Positions 53,001 to 64,000 of a stretch of 64,000 bases of DNA are shown here, one piece after another. This DNA comes from Psilocybe cubensis (Eukaryota). Within the stretch, counting starts at the first letter, position 1; each line of letters begins with the position of its first letter. Both the position numbers and the translations under genes were made by a program. The stretch lies in the NCBI GenBank assembly GCA_017499595.2, contig CM038999.1, positions 2,542,001 to 2,606,000 on the forward strand, given 5' to 3'. A model generated the notes under the pieces. That model was not told the origin of the DNA and did no database searches. It worked only from the letters and a program-made list of their open reading frames with translations.

Positions 53001-53783
53001 AATTGTAAAAGCCTGGCCACCTAGAGAGAGGATCGGTTTATTGTACAACCAGTGACAAATATAGAATGACTGGGCACCTATGGCGTCTGCAGATCCTGGA
53101 AGGATGTTTGCAGTCGTTACACCCCCGGAAACAGTTAGTTGATACGCGTCGTCGTGGGTGTTGAGCCCGTCCAAGCTACGAAGCCAAGGAAGGACCAACC
53201 CTTTCAGAGAATTAGTATCATCCGAGCCACGCAAAGCCGGAGCACTGTCAACCCCCAGATGGGAGTGGACATCAATGATACTACGTTGAAAAATTGTCAG
53301 CTACGCTCACGATTACTTTATCAAGCGAGCTACACACCCAGGAGTGACCCATGCCCCGGCAGCGTCAACAACAACAAGCAAGTCTTTATATGTATTCAAC
53401 ACGGACTGTTGGAACGTCCCAACCTGTTTGATAATGCCTTTATCGATAAGGATGTCGCCCATGATAACTTCATGGCCGGAGTCGCCTCCTGTCCAGATGG
53501 TTGCATTCCGAATGAGTGTTGGTGGAGTTCCAACAACATAGCGGTCTGACTGTGTTCTTTCATGGAAATCACTTGGTGGTCCTGGCAGAACGTACAAAGC
53601 TTGACATTGCTGTATTATCTGAGCGGCATTGAGAGGTACATGGGAGGCGGTATTCTGGCGCCAATGGAAAGCTATACCAACAGAGAAAACAGTCGCGGTC
53701 ACAACAAGAATAGCAACCAGGAGGGACTTTAACGCGGTCGGACGCGTAGTTCCAGGTCTGTAGAGTGGCAAATGCTTGTCCAT
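50076..53783 (-). CDS. Membrane-anchored double-domain amidohydrolase-superfamily protein (paralog A)
   Basis: N-terminal TM, TLIRNATIWTG, IIDVHSHLGV (HxH), SGGVTTANILPGSA, KHACGENP, VHNHCYE, AFHHAHE, SDHPV and GYDADVVIWD, followed by a second, degenerate amidohydrolase module. Confidence 0.88.
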
Positions 53784-53942
53784 GATGGTAAGGGGTAAAG
53801 GAATGCACCACTGAGAGGAGCCGAACTGACTGCAGATTTGCGAATTCGCCGCCATATGGCTCAAAACTCACTTGGTGGCTATGTCGCCATGATAAGCCTT
53901 CCTCATAGACACGGTCCTATTTTTAGGCAGTTGGACGCCATC

Positions 53943-55093
53943 ATGTCCGCCACAGTTCCCCCCGTCGTTATTCCAGCATCAGCGAATAACATTATTGTCA
54001 ACACCTCACAGGTATAACGTATCGGATATTTTACAAGCATAGAGAACTTATGGATTTGACAGCGCGGGAATCCTGTTTTGGAGTGTGTTAGAAATGTTGG
54101 TAAAGAGTTTGGAGACATTGTGGCTGATTACCAAGTTGGAAGGACGACGGGCGTCCTGTTTCTCAGGCAAGATCCCCTGTACGATGTTTCTACCATTTTC
54201 TAACATCTCACCAGCCTCAAGTATCACAGGCTTCATCCAGAGTACATTCATAGACGGATTGAGAGGCTAGGGATCTCATATAATTTAAGGATACTTTTAA
54301 TTCTATGCGATATTGTGCGTGGCTCAAGAAAAAAACTGCCACTTCTACAGGCTGATTGTATCCTAATATTATCTCAGTCAGAGCATCGTGAACCCATCAG
54401 GGAGCTTACAAAGGTACAGGATCTCAACCTTTCGTCTTTCTTGTCGGTTGACCCTTACATCCTTAGGCGTGTCTCATCAACAATATTACGGTGGTGGTTG
54501 CATTCTCGTCAGTGCATAGTCCAATATCGCAGATCTCGCCACATTTATATTTATTTACCAATAGATTCGAGGAGGCAGGACATTATTTAACAACATACAA
54601 GCAATATGAATTTAAATCGCCAGAACTCATCAAAGAACGTGCAGAAAAGGATTATCGTTCAATACTACGCTCAGCGCTGATTTCGATCAGTAAAGTAAAT
54701 AAGACAGACGTAGAGACACTCCGTACCTCATTTGGCGTACGTTTCCTTTTTGATTATCATACTCTAGTACTGAACTCCCTCAATCGTTTTCAGAGTTTTG
54801 GTAACATATCAAAGGCGACATCAGGACAACTTCACAACCTGCCTGGATTCGGTCAAGTCAAGGTGAAGAATATAAAGAATGCATTCGAGAAACCGTTTAG
54901 AAATCAAGCCACGGGCTCGCTCATCTCGTTGTCTTCACAAGCAGGACCCCAATCACATACAGGTTCGGGTATGAATGGTTCCCAAGCAAGGCGAGAGGGC
55001 AGCCCTGTGTGGGACATTGAATTGGATTTAGACAATGGCTCAGACGAGCTCGAGAATATGGCCCCAATAAAGAAACATGGAGACAAGACTTAA
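53943..55093 (+). CDS. RAD10: ERCC1/Rad10/Swi10 nucleotide-excision-repair endonuclease subunit
   Basis: [50 protein letters not shown], and helix-hairpin-helix motifs VNKTD / LPGFGQVKV. Confidence 0.93.
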
Positions 55094-55346
55094 ACCCCTC
55101 TATTTTATTACCTTTTTTTTGTCTTTACTAGAGAACAAACTTCAAAAATACAATTGGAATACCTGGATCAAATTTTTGCTTTGTAATTACTATTATTATG
55201 GGGTCACAAATTTTATCCAAGTCCGGGATCTCTTCAACATTGTATCGAAATATAATTCATACTAAAACTGATATAATATAATATACACTGAGGGGGCATC
55301 ATATGATACGGCATAAGATGCTTCAAAGCCAAAAATGTAGACACAT

Positions 55347-58300
55347 TTATTTTTTCTTGAAATATTCGGACAACGTTTTTCCTTTTCCCGCTCCATTTCT
55401 CTGCCAAAAACGCTGCTGGTAAAATATTGTCATTGACAACCCTTTGATGTTCGTCTTAGCTCGTGACCGCTCCAAATGAGCAGCTCGAGTATCAGCTAAG
55501 AAAATCATTAGCTTGAAATTCTATGAAAATGACTCAAAAACTCACAAATTTTGTTGTGCAGGTTTTCAAGCGAATCAATAAGCATCTGCAAATCGGACCC
55601 TTGCCTTTCTCCAAATTTTACGGGACTCTCTAAGGGCGAGAGGGATGCAGCCTTAGATTTAGACTCAAGGTCATCTGCAACATATCCTCTAATGTCTGAT
55701 ACGGCGACGCCCAGAATGAATGTATAGAACCCAACATCATCGTAGTTGGTTTTGTTGTTTATGGCGAACTTGCCAGCAGGTTTACCATTCTTCCCAGAAT
55801 ATTCAACAAGCTCGTCGATGATATCGGAAAGAGGTGGGCGGGTGGATAAGACAGGCTGAAGTATAAATCAAAATTAGTTTAGACCTGCATAATGTTTGAG
55901 TGATTTACTTACATCGTTGTTATTCGAGATGATGACATTGTAAGAAACAACAGAAGCGATATGATGTGTAATGTCCGAGCCTGCAGACAACATAGATATT
56001 ACGCGAGCTTTGTTGATTGGTGTATACGACTCGATACAGTGCAAAATCTTTTCGCAAAGAACATTTACCTGCAAAATGGGTGAGCACTATTGTGTCATAC
56101 ATAACAGAAAAGAACGTACAATGTCTTGATCTTCTTCCCTGAGGCAATTACATACCAAATTGACGGTCCTAGTAATATCTTCTATAAGATCTGGCGATGC
56201 TTCGAGATCCATGCCAAGTAAAAGTAGAGCTAAACTCATATTTGGAATTTCCGTCACCTTAATTCTTTTGGATCTGTATAAATTGGAGATCAACATGAGA
56301 AGGAGAATTCCTAGCATGTACCTACCTGGCACATGCTCCCACAAGAAGGAGTAATCGGCGAATAACGTTGTCTCTTTGTGTAATATTCACAATAGATAAT
56401 GGTCGAGAAACAGGGGCATCCCAACCCTGAGATGTTAGGAGACAGGAATCCATTCTCAAGTGATGTAACGTTTCCAATACCTGCGCAAACTGAATTGTGC
56501 TGTCAGATTTATTACAAGTCGTGCCCCAAAAACGTTCCAAGGAATGAGCGGCAGATTCTGCCAGGACGCCAGAGCGTAATGCTGAAACGGACATGAATTA
56601 CGAACATAACAATCTGTAAACACATACCAATTCCACAAAGAAATGAACTGAGTCGCGGTCTGTCAGACTCAGGCACAGACGTTAATATGTCCATCTCCAA
56701 AAGCATTGATGCTTGTAAAATATCTTGAAAAATCTTGATCACACAACCAAACCAGACTTCGCCAATGAGAAATACACACCGTGCTGTTGCAAACATAGTT
56801 TCAACAAATTTATTCCAGTGCCTTCTTCCATGGATTGATAGTAACGTAGTAATTCTTCGACTAAGATGTGATCCTCTTCAGTATCGACCGTCGAATGAGA
56901 AGATTCCCAAATTGAGATGCCTTCTCTGAAATGTGAGTATTCCTTCTCCTGCTGCATGACTTTGCCGGCCTCAAGGATATCTACAATGATTTGACCTTTG
57001 CGTTTTACTTTCCCAGCTATAGCGCTTTGTTCATCATCTTCTGAAATCTGCTCTGAGCCGATGAGGTCCGGGTGCTGTGGTGACACGCCTTCCGTAAACC
57101 ACGTCATGTTCCGTGCAGTTTCAGCAGCAGTGTCCCAGTCAATTCTAGCATCTTCTACATCCATGTCACCATATTCTTGAGAGTCGCTGTTGATACCTTT
57201 CGCAATTAAGTCCGCTTTACGGAAAAGGTCACTACCCCCTCCTCGTTTCTCGGCTGCTCTTCTCTCTTTTAACATCTCTTTGATAGGGTTTGATTCAAGC
57301 TTCTTGGGAGTTGCTTTCTGCTGATCTTTTGTCTTCTGCAATGGCCGTTTAGATGGCGACGAATCAGACTTATTCCTCACAGTATGTCTCGTTGAGCGTC
57401 GAGTTGGCTGGATAGATACTTCATTTGGGCTAGATGAAAAGATGCATTTTGAAATCAAGGTCATTAAAAAATCCAAGAAATCTCACTTCGGCTTTTGTTT
57501 CATCGTTTTCCTGAGCAAAGAAGAAACCAAATCATCGTCTTCGCTACTAGTATTGTCCAGTTCTTCTTTGAATGTAATGGATACAGGTTCTGGGCTGGGA
57601 GCAGTCTCCGCATACGCCTTTGCCTTGATTTCGGCAATGATTAAGGCGGTCTTTGCGTCTGGATCTAGAATTTGCGGAGTGGATGGCAACGATGGTAGAT
57701 CGCTTATCGGCGGGACCAGCATCTGCTCCACAGATGGAAGTTGTCGTTGAACAGTTGGTTCTTCGTTTGGGAAATCGTTGTCGGCTGGTAGTGGGGCGTC
57801 CTTCGTGCTATTGTCGATATCCATGGGTACCCCGATCTGTTTTTCGGGATCTGAAATGTGAAAATATGATTGTTTGTGATTGTCGAGTATAGCTTTTGCT
57901 GCTGGGATAGCGGTTTCCTTAAGAACAAGTTCTTCTTCGGACTGGCTACTTGGGATCACAGCTAACGATTCTTTCTCTGGGGGAGATAAGCGAACTTTTT
58001 TCCGGTTTTGTGTAATGTGCTGAGGTCAAATATCAGTCATCAGTCACTGCGGTACAGTACAGAGAGAGAAATACCGTCGCTGTCACAAATACAGTTATAT
58101 TATTCGTTTCACCGTCTGAATCACTGTCGAACTTCCGATGCCTAGGGTCATCCGACTTAAGGCTCTCTGAACGCTGCCGTGTGGCCAAAATTTTAATTTC
58201 TGGCTTACGGTCAGGTTCCCTCAAGCGTTTCAGCGGAGATACAAAGGAATTTTCGGAAGGACTCCTTATTTCTGCTTGCTGCAATGAACTTGGACTAAAA

Positions 58301-58536
58301 GCACTGGCTTCCGGAGCCGGACTCTTTGTTGACGATAATGGTACAACTCCAGATCCCATAGTAACATCCGAATTTATAGCGCTCGTTTTAACTTGCTTAG
58401 AGAGTGAAGAAGAAGAAGAGGTTGTCCCAGAGGATGACGAGGCCGCTTCCTGCGATGCCGTCTTTGGAGTCCGTGCAAAGAAGGAAGTAATGGATTTTCC
58501 ATGATTTACAGCAGGCTTCTTCGTATTTTTTACCAT
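55347..58536 (-). CDS. Large multi-exon protein: disordered N-half, helical C-half (possible Nse6/SLF2-like)
   Basis: Exon chain through ORFs 58033-58536, 57483-57959, 56739-57476 and smaller exons, ending ...LENLHNKI|SDTRAAHLERSRAKTNIKGL...KTLSEYFKKK* (stop 55347-55349). The gene is well supported; the family assignment is tentative. Confidence 0.6.
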
Positions 58537-58940
58537 AATCTTAGCCGTAGGAACAATTTGGATGTAGTTTGTATCAAAGATATTTGATATGGTCGATATC
58601 GAAGATATGAATATGGGTTAAAGAGACGTCTCAGAGTTCAATACGGTAATAAATACGGTACTAACTACTGCGCTCCATCACGTGAATTTCATCGTTCAAA
58701 GGAGGATGATCATTACTAATTATCAAGACCAGCAAAGACTGTTAGCTTAAACTCAAGGTGACGAGCTGACAGGAATACTTAGGACTAAGTTTATGTTATT
58801 TGTTTTTTTAGAGTAAATATATCTTTATAAGTTCGTGAATACATAATATGATCCCAAATAGAGGAGTAGAATTCTACTCCATTCTAATTAGTATGTTGAA
58901 CGCTTTCAAGAAAAGATTCCTGATTGGGCAACGATTTGGA

Positions 58941-61900
58941 TTATGGAAAAAATTCCACGACTTTTTGCCTTGGAGATACCATCGCCACCACTTTTCGATT
59001 CATACCAAGGTGGTTCCCTCCCCGAGTTGCCACTAAGTCGAAAGTAGTTTGGTCATATTCGACGCCAAGAAGGTTCAAAACATTCGTTGAACCGATTGCA
59101 AGTGCTTCCTGTTCTGTAAGGAGTCCGCCACTTTCAATGGCAGCCTAGAAAATGTTTTAAGATCAGGGCTGTTTCAATTCGGATGGTAAAAAAAATCCTG
59201 ACCCATGCGAGATCAAAAGGAAGGTTTTGTGCAGCACCAAAAAAATTATCACAACCTATTCCAACGGTGATGTTATTTGCGAGAAGCTCGACGATCGTGT
59301 TGTTTTTCGAGATCGGGGGGCCTGGTATTCTACTAAATGTTAGAAGGAATAGTAAGTCGGTATATGATACACTCACATTCTTCTTTGATCCCAATTTCTG
59401 GGAAAAGGTCTAGAACGATTTAGTATAACGCCAACATTTTGGTTTGCCAGTTCTTTAGCAAGCAAATGAGCTTCGGCGCCACCATAAATGGTCAAGGTTA
59501 CGGTATTTCCAGTTTCGACTTCGACTTCTTTCTTTAAAACCAAAAGTGTTGCAATTACATCGGCACTATCAGCCTCGACTACAAGTGGAATTTTTCCCTG
59601 ATTATAAAAGTTAGATGCGAAACCTTGAGTAAAGCATAGAATCGTCACCGAGGAGACCTTTCCAAACCATGATTTTGCATCTCCTTCAATGTCGCCTAGC
59701 AGAAGTTTACGTAAAACAGCGATTTGGGTGCTCACACTCTGTGGAAAAGAGTGACCTATCGAAACATGGACAGATGTAACTTCCTGGATGATTGCACCGT
59801 CTTCCAGTTTATGCAGGGCACCTAGTGAGAAGGCGGTTGCAAGTCCAACCAAAAACCCTTCTCCAAGCGGGGCGGTTACACCTATCGATACCTGATAAAT
59901 AATTAAAATTATAATCATTTAAGAAAAGTAAATTGAGCTTACCCCAGAGCGATAGGCCAAGCTAGAGATGTGTCATACAAAGTTAATTGATAGGGAGAGT
60001 GAAAAACATACAGTGCATTCCTAGTGCCAAATTGCAGTCCATCGAAGGCACGAATGACAGTTGTGTCACCTCCCAACACCTTGGGGATAATTCCTAGCAA
60101 GGGGTCGAACAGAGAGCCATCGTTGGTCGAAGGTTCCATCCGGATGTTGACCAAGCCTAGAGGGTAGCCAAATGAAACCAAGGCTGGAGAAAGGGAACCT
60201 CCTTCTAAGTCTACAACCTCCATTATTGTGTCCTTAAGATCCAATCCCATGCATTCTATGTCACTTCCATGGCAAACAATGATCCCATTGCGTGTAACCA
60301 CGGTCATAGAGCCGAGATGGCTGGCAGACGTCTGCAACTTGCCAATAGACCTATCCTTGACATAATAGACTGAATTAACATTTTTGAATACGACAGTAGT
60401 ATCGTGAAAGATTCTTGAAGGCGACAATGGTGGCAACCCTTCGTATTCAACAACTCGTCTTGCCTCATCATCAAAATTAGGAACTTTGGGAGATTTTTGA
60501 AAAGCGCTGGGTTTGTGAGTTATATGGGGAGTTTGCAGCTGAAGAACTCCGTCGATGAGAACTTGCACAGGTGTTGCTCCAAGCGCAAGAGGGTGACTAT
60601 CCCAAATAACAAGATCTATACTTCCATTAGTGACGAGATTTTTATTTCATTATTACGCTATAATCATACCAGCATCATATCCTACAGGAGTAAGCTGAGT
60701 CTTACGCATGTTAAAGTGTTAGCCACTCACCCTTATCCAGGTAACCAATGCGATGGCCCATGCCTAAAACTTCGGCAGCATTGCTTGTAACAGAAAGAAG
60801 TGCTAGATTCTGGGGAAGACCATAGAAGTAAGCTTGTTGGGCTTCATACATGAGATACCGCGAATTCATTGCCGGGTGATCGCTCTGGTTAGGCCGTCAT
60901 TGAATTGAGAATTCGAGAGGAACTTGATAAAATGATTGATGTTTCACCTTCATAAGGACAGTCAACCCTTGCTGGGCTAGTATACGGGGAGCAAACACAG
61001 ACGATCGATAGGCTTCTCTCTTGTACCTGAGGATTTAAAAAAATTGAAAGGTTAAAAATTGTGAACACAAATTCGAACAGTTGTTACCTAGCAAATGTGG
61101 CAAACAGAGCAATGGCGGGAGCATGCCCTGTGTTATCTGAGACAACATCACGTAAAGAAAAGGCGATTGTACTACACCATAACCATTTTTAATAAGGTTT
61201 GGTACAAGATATGCTTCCGATGTATGATGAAAAACTGCAATGGGAAATTTGAATTCATTTGAGATCTACGCACACGAAATAGTCCGTTGTTACTTCATAT
61301 GTGCATGTCTGACAGAAAACATAAAAGAAACTCATACCCTTATGAAGCTGTCGACATCAACAGCCTCATAACAATGTGTATGAACCTCGAGTAAGGTCAG
61401 TTTAATGAGAACAAAATCAGTAATTCTTAACCTACCTTAACCCGGCCACGAAGTACGTCAACTAAAGCCTCCCATTCTAAGGCATCAGGAAACTCTCCTA
61501 GATTCTCTACGTCGTTTGAGAATACTCGAGTGCAATATTTATCCTGACGTTCTTTTATTCGGGTTGCCATACTGTAGCTAATTACAAGATATGAGCGAGT
61601 CATCGACATAACAAGAATGTTGATTGAATCTCTTACGCTTCGCGAAATGCCCAAGTGGTGTCCATTCGCGTACCATTGTAGGACTCTAGGAGCGAGGTTA
61701 GAAATCTTTATACCTCTTGACAAGATGAAATAAAATAAATACCACTTGGATTTTCACCTAGATCAACAATTCGTTAATAGGAAATACCAACCACCATTGG
61801 GACAAACTAACCGCAAGCATGCCTATTGTGAAGATACATTGATTAAACATTCAGAGGGGAGAAGGTGTATGGTTAACGTACTTGATATGGCGCCAACGTG

Positions 61901-62680
61901 GTGGCAAGTTGGTATTTGAATTTGAGGAATCCATCTGGAATGGAGGCTCCAAAATCATAGAAGAAGGCGATTTCTCAGAAGTTTCTCTGTGTTTGATAAC
62001 AAAAGCTTGACCACCTATTACGATAGTTGTCAAAGGAATATAAACCGTTATGTATATTGTGGGTTACCGATAGCGTTGGCAGAACCGGGCAGAATAAGAG
62101 AAGTTGTGACGCCCCCTGCAATTGACAAAGGATAAGCGTTATCATGAGTGTTCAGTCCATCGATACTTCTAAGCCACGGTTGAATGATGCCACGGAAAGA
62201 GTTGGTATCAGTTGTTCCTTCGAATTCAGGAATGGAATCGACACCAATATGAGAATGAACATCGATGAGCCCAGGAGTAACCCATGCACCCTTTGCATCC
62301 AAAATAAGGAGTTTTTTGCCGTAGTTTTCCAACAGCGACCGTGGAAGATGACCGATACTTTGAATGATACCCTTGTCAACTAGGATTTCACCTTTGATGA
62401 CCTCTGTACCATTGTTGCGCCCAGTCCACATCCTTGCGTTCTGTATCAAAACCGGTGGAGTATCAGTGTCAAATCGGTCGGAGTCCGTTCTATTATGGAA
62501 GTTTTCTGGATGTGCCGGTCTAAGGGAAAGTTGAAGACAACGAGCAATAGCTTCGGTGGTAGCGTATGAAGTTGATACGGGTCGCACTTGTTGTTCATTT
62601 AGTCCCCCTATTATGCAGTACAGAAGGATGAGCAGCAGAAAACCAACTTTACTGGCTCGAGAGTAGTACAGATGCATCAT
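58941..62680 (-). CDS. Membrane-anchored double-domain amidohydrolase-superfamily protein (paralog B)
   Basis: TM segment, VLIQNARMWTG, LIDVHSHIGV, IQPWLRSIDGLNTHD, HACGENP, VHTHCYE, SDHPA and GYDADLVIWD. Colinear with paralog A along its length. Confidence 0.88.
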
Positions 62681-63061
62681 GGCGGAATTCTGAATTATGA
62701 GCTCAGTGTTGCTATAAAATTGTGGTTCACCCTCGCCTCCGCCAAAGGGCGAGGATGCAGTGTGTGGTACCAGGTGGTACCAGCATTGATTTAATTTTGT
62801 GGGTGCATCATGGCAATTAAATTGAATTGTACTAGTACGTAAATAAGCATCTGGTCATGTGACCGTCAGATGTCCCGCTGATGCGTAAGTTCTTGACCGT
62901 GTTTGATCAAGTCCGACTTCTGCGTTTTCTCATTCAGTGTTTTATCTTCCTTTCTGGCTCTTTCTCGCTGACGCCATAATCTTCTGTTCCGGATAGCTGT
63001 AATCACAACTACTCCTACTCTACCATACTGCAAATTATATATGTCATCAACCTGATTCGAC

Positions 63062-64000
63062 ATGGCCCCCAGACAGAACGACCAGATGGACGTCGACTCA
63101 GACTCAGACATTTCCATAGATTTAGAACATCACAATAAGTCTAAAGGAAAAGGTAAAACAAAGGTCGGAGATAAAAGAAAGCAGGATAAAGGAAAGGGAA
63201 AAGCTAAGGACACGGTACTTTAGTCCGCTTGATTTGAATCCTCTGATACTCAGCTAAGCGACATTCTGTATTGCAGCAAGCTTATACGTGGGAGGCATCG
63301 TTCACTCGGTCGTGGGAAACCGTACAGGAGGACGAGGCTGGGACTTTGCAAACAACTGTTGAAGACCTTTTGGCAAGAGGAAGAAGAAGAAGGTAGTCAA
63401 ATTCATTATAATTGTCCATGGTGTTTCCTCACGTTTTTGCCCCCACAGGCTCTTAGCGCCTGCAGCCGCGATACGGCGCACTATTATTCGGCACCTCATT
63501 CTAATTCTTGATCTATCTTCTGCCATGATGGATAGGGATATGAGGCCAACTCGCTTTGATCTTATGCTTCAATATGCACGCGAATTCATAACAGAATGGT
63601 TTGATCAAAACCCTTTAGGCCAAATTGGAGTAGTGGGGATGAGGGCAGGTTTAGGGGAGCGAGTAGGAGAAATGTCAGGTATGAAAATTTTGATATCGGA
63701 CGACTTGAATTATAATGTACTTCAAATATCAGGTAACCCCCAGGAAGTGCTTAAATCAATAGCAGATCGACATAAGCTTGAGCCAGCAGGCGAACCTAGT
63801 CTTCAGAATGCCATTGAAATGGCACGGGGCAGTATGAAGTACGAACAGGGCTTCAATCAAGGTTTAAATGCTGACGTCAAGTTTTAAGTCATCTACCAAC
63901 GCATTCATCGCGAGAAATCCTTCTAGTTTTTGGATCATTGACTACATGCGACCCTGGCAATATTCATGACACTTTGGATGAATGCATCAAGAACAAAGTT
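63062..64000 (+). CDS. SSL1: TFIIH p44 subunit Ssl1 (GTF2H2), 5' part; gene runs off the window
   Basis: [62 protein letters not shown] and [19 protein letters not shown]. Confidence 0.95.

Noticed and set aside
1-64000. CRISPR arrays, rRNA, autonomous transposases or a secondary-metabolite cluster
   Set aside because: No repeat-spacer arrays, rRNA-like sequence, transposase or RT motifs, or PKS/NRPS/terpene synthase motifs were seen.

Overview
Gene-dense, intron-rich eukaryotic DNA from a fungus, most likely an Agaricomycete basidiomycete (inferred from ~50-nt GT-AG introns, frequent micro-exons, Zn2Cys6 factors and very short divergent promoters). About 25 protein-coding genes were reconstructed by hand across introns. 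Recognised genes: CSF1/BLTP1, YIP1, NSA2, SMD3, SDH8, CDC23, BET5, FUN30, U2AF1, ALG14, RMT2, RAD10/ERCC1 and a partial SSL1. Family-level calls: DUF1746, NDUFAF8-like, GLTSCR1-domain, CLC transporter, two Zn2Cys6 factors, a divergent mitochondrial carrier, PRKRIP1-like, a hemerythrin, two paralogous double-domain amidohydrolases and a possible Nse6/SLF2-like gene. The stand-out feature is a 592-bp non-autonomous TIR element (1904-2495, TA target duplication) inserted in the last coding exon of the DUF1746 gene. Its inverted repeats carry a splice donor on one strand and an acceptor on the other, so a 531-nt intron could be removed in either orientation, leaving an in-frame 63-nt footprint (introner-like hypothesis, untested). 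No rRNA, tRNA or CRISPR array was recognised. Gene spans are manual reconstructions and no database searches were run.
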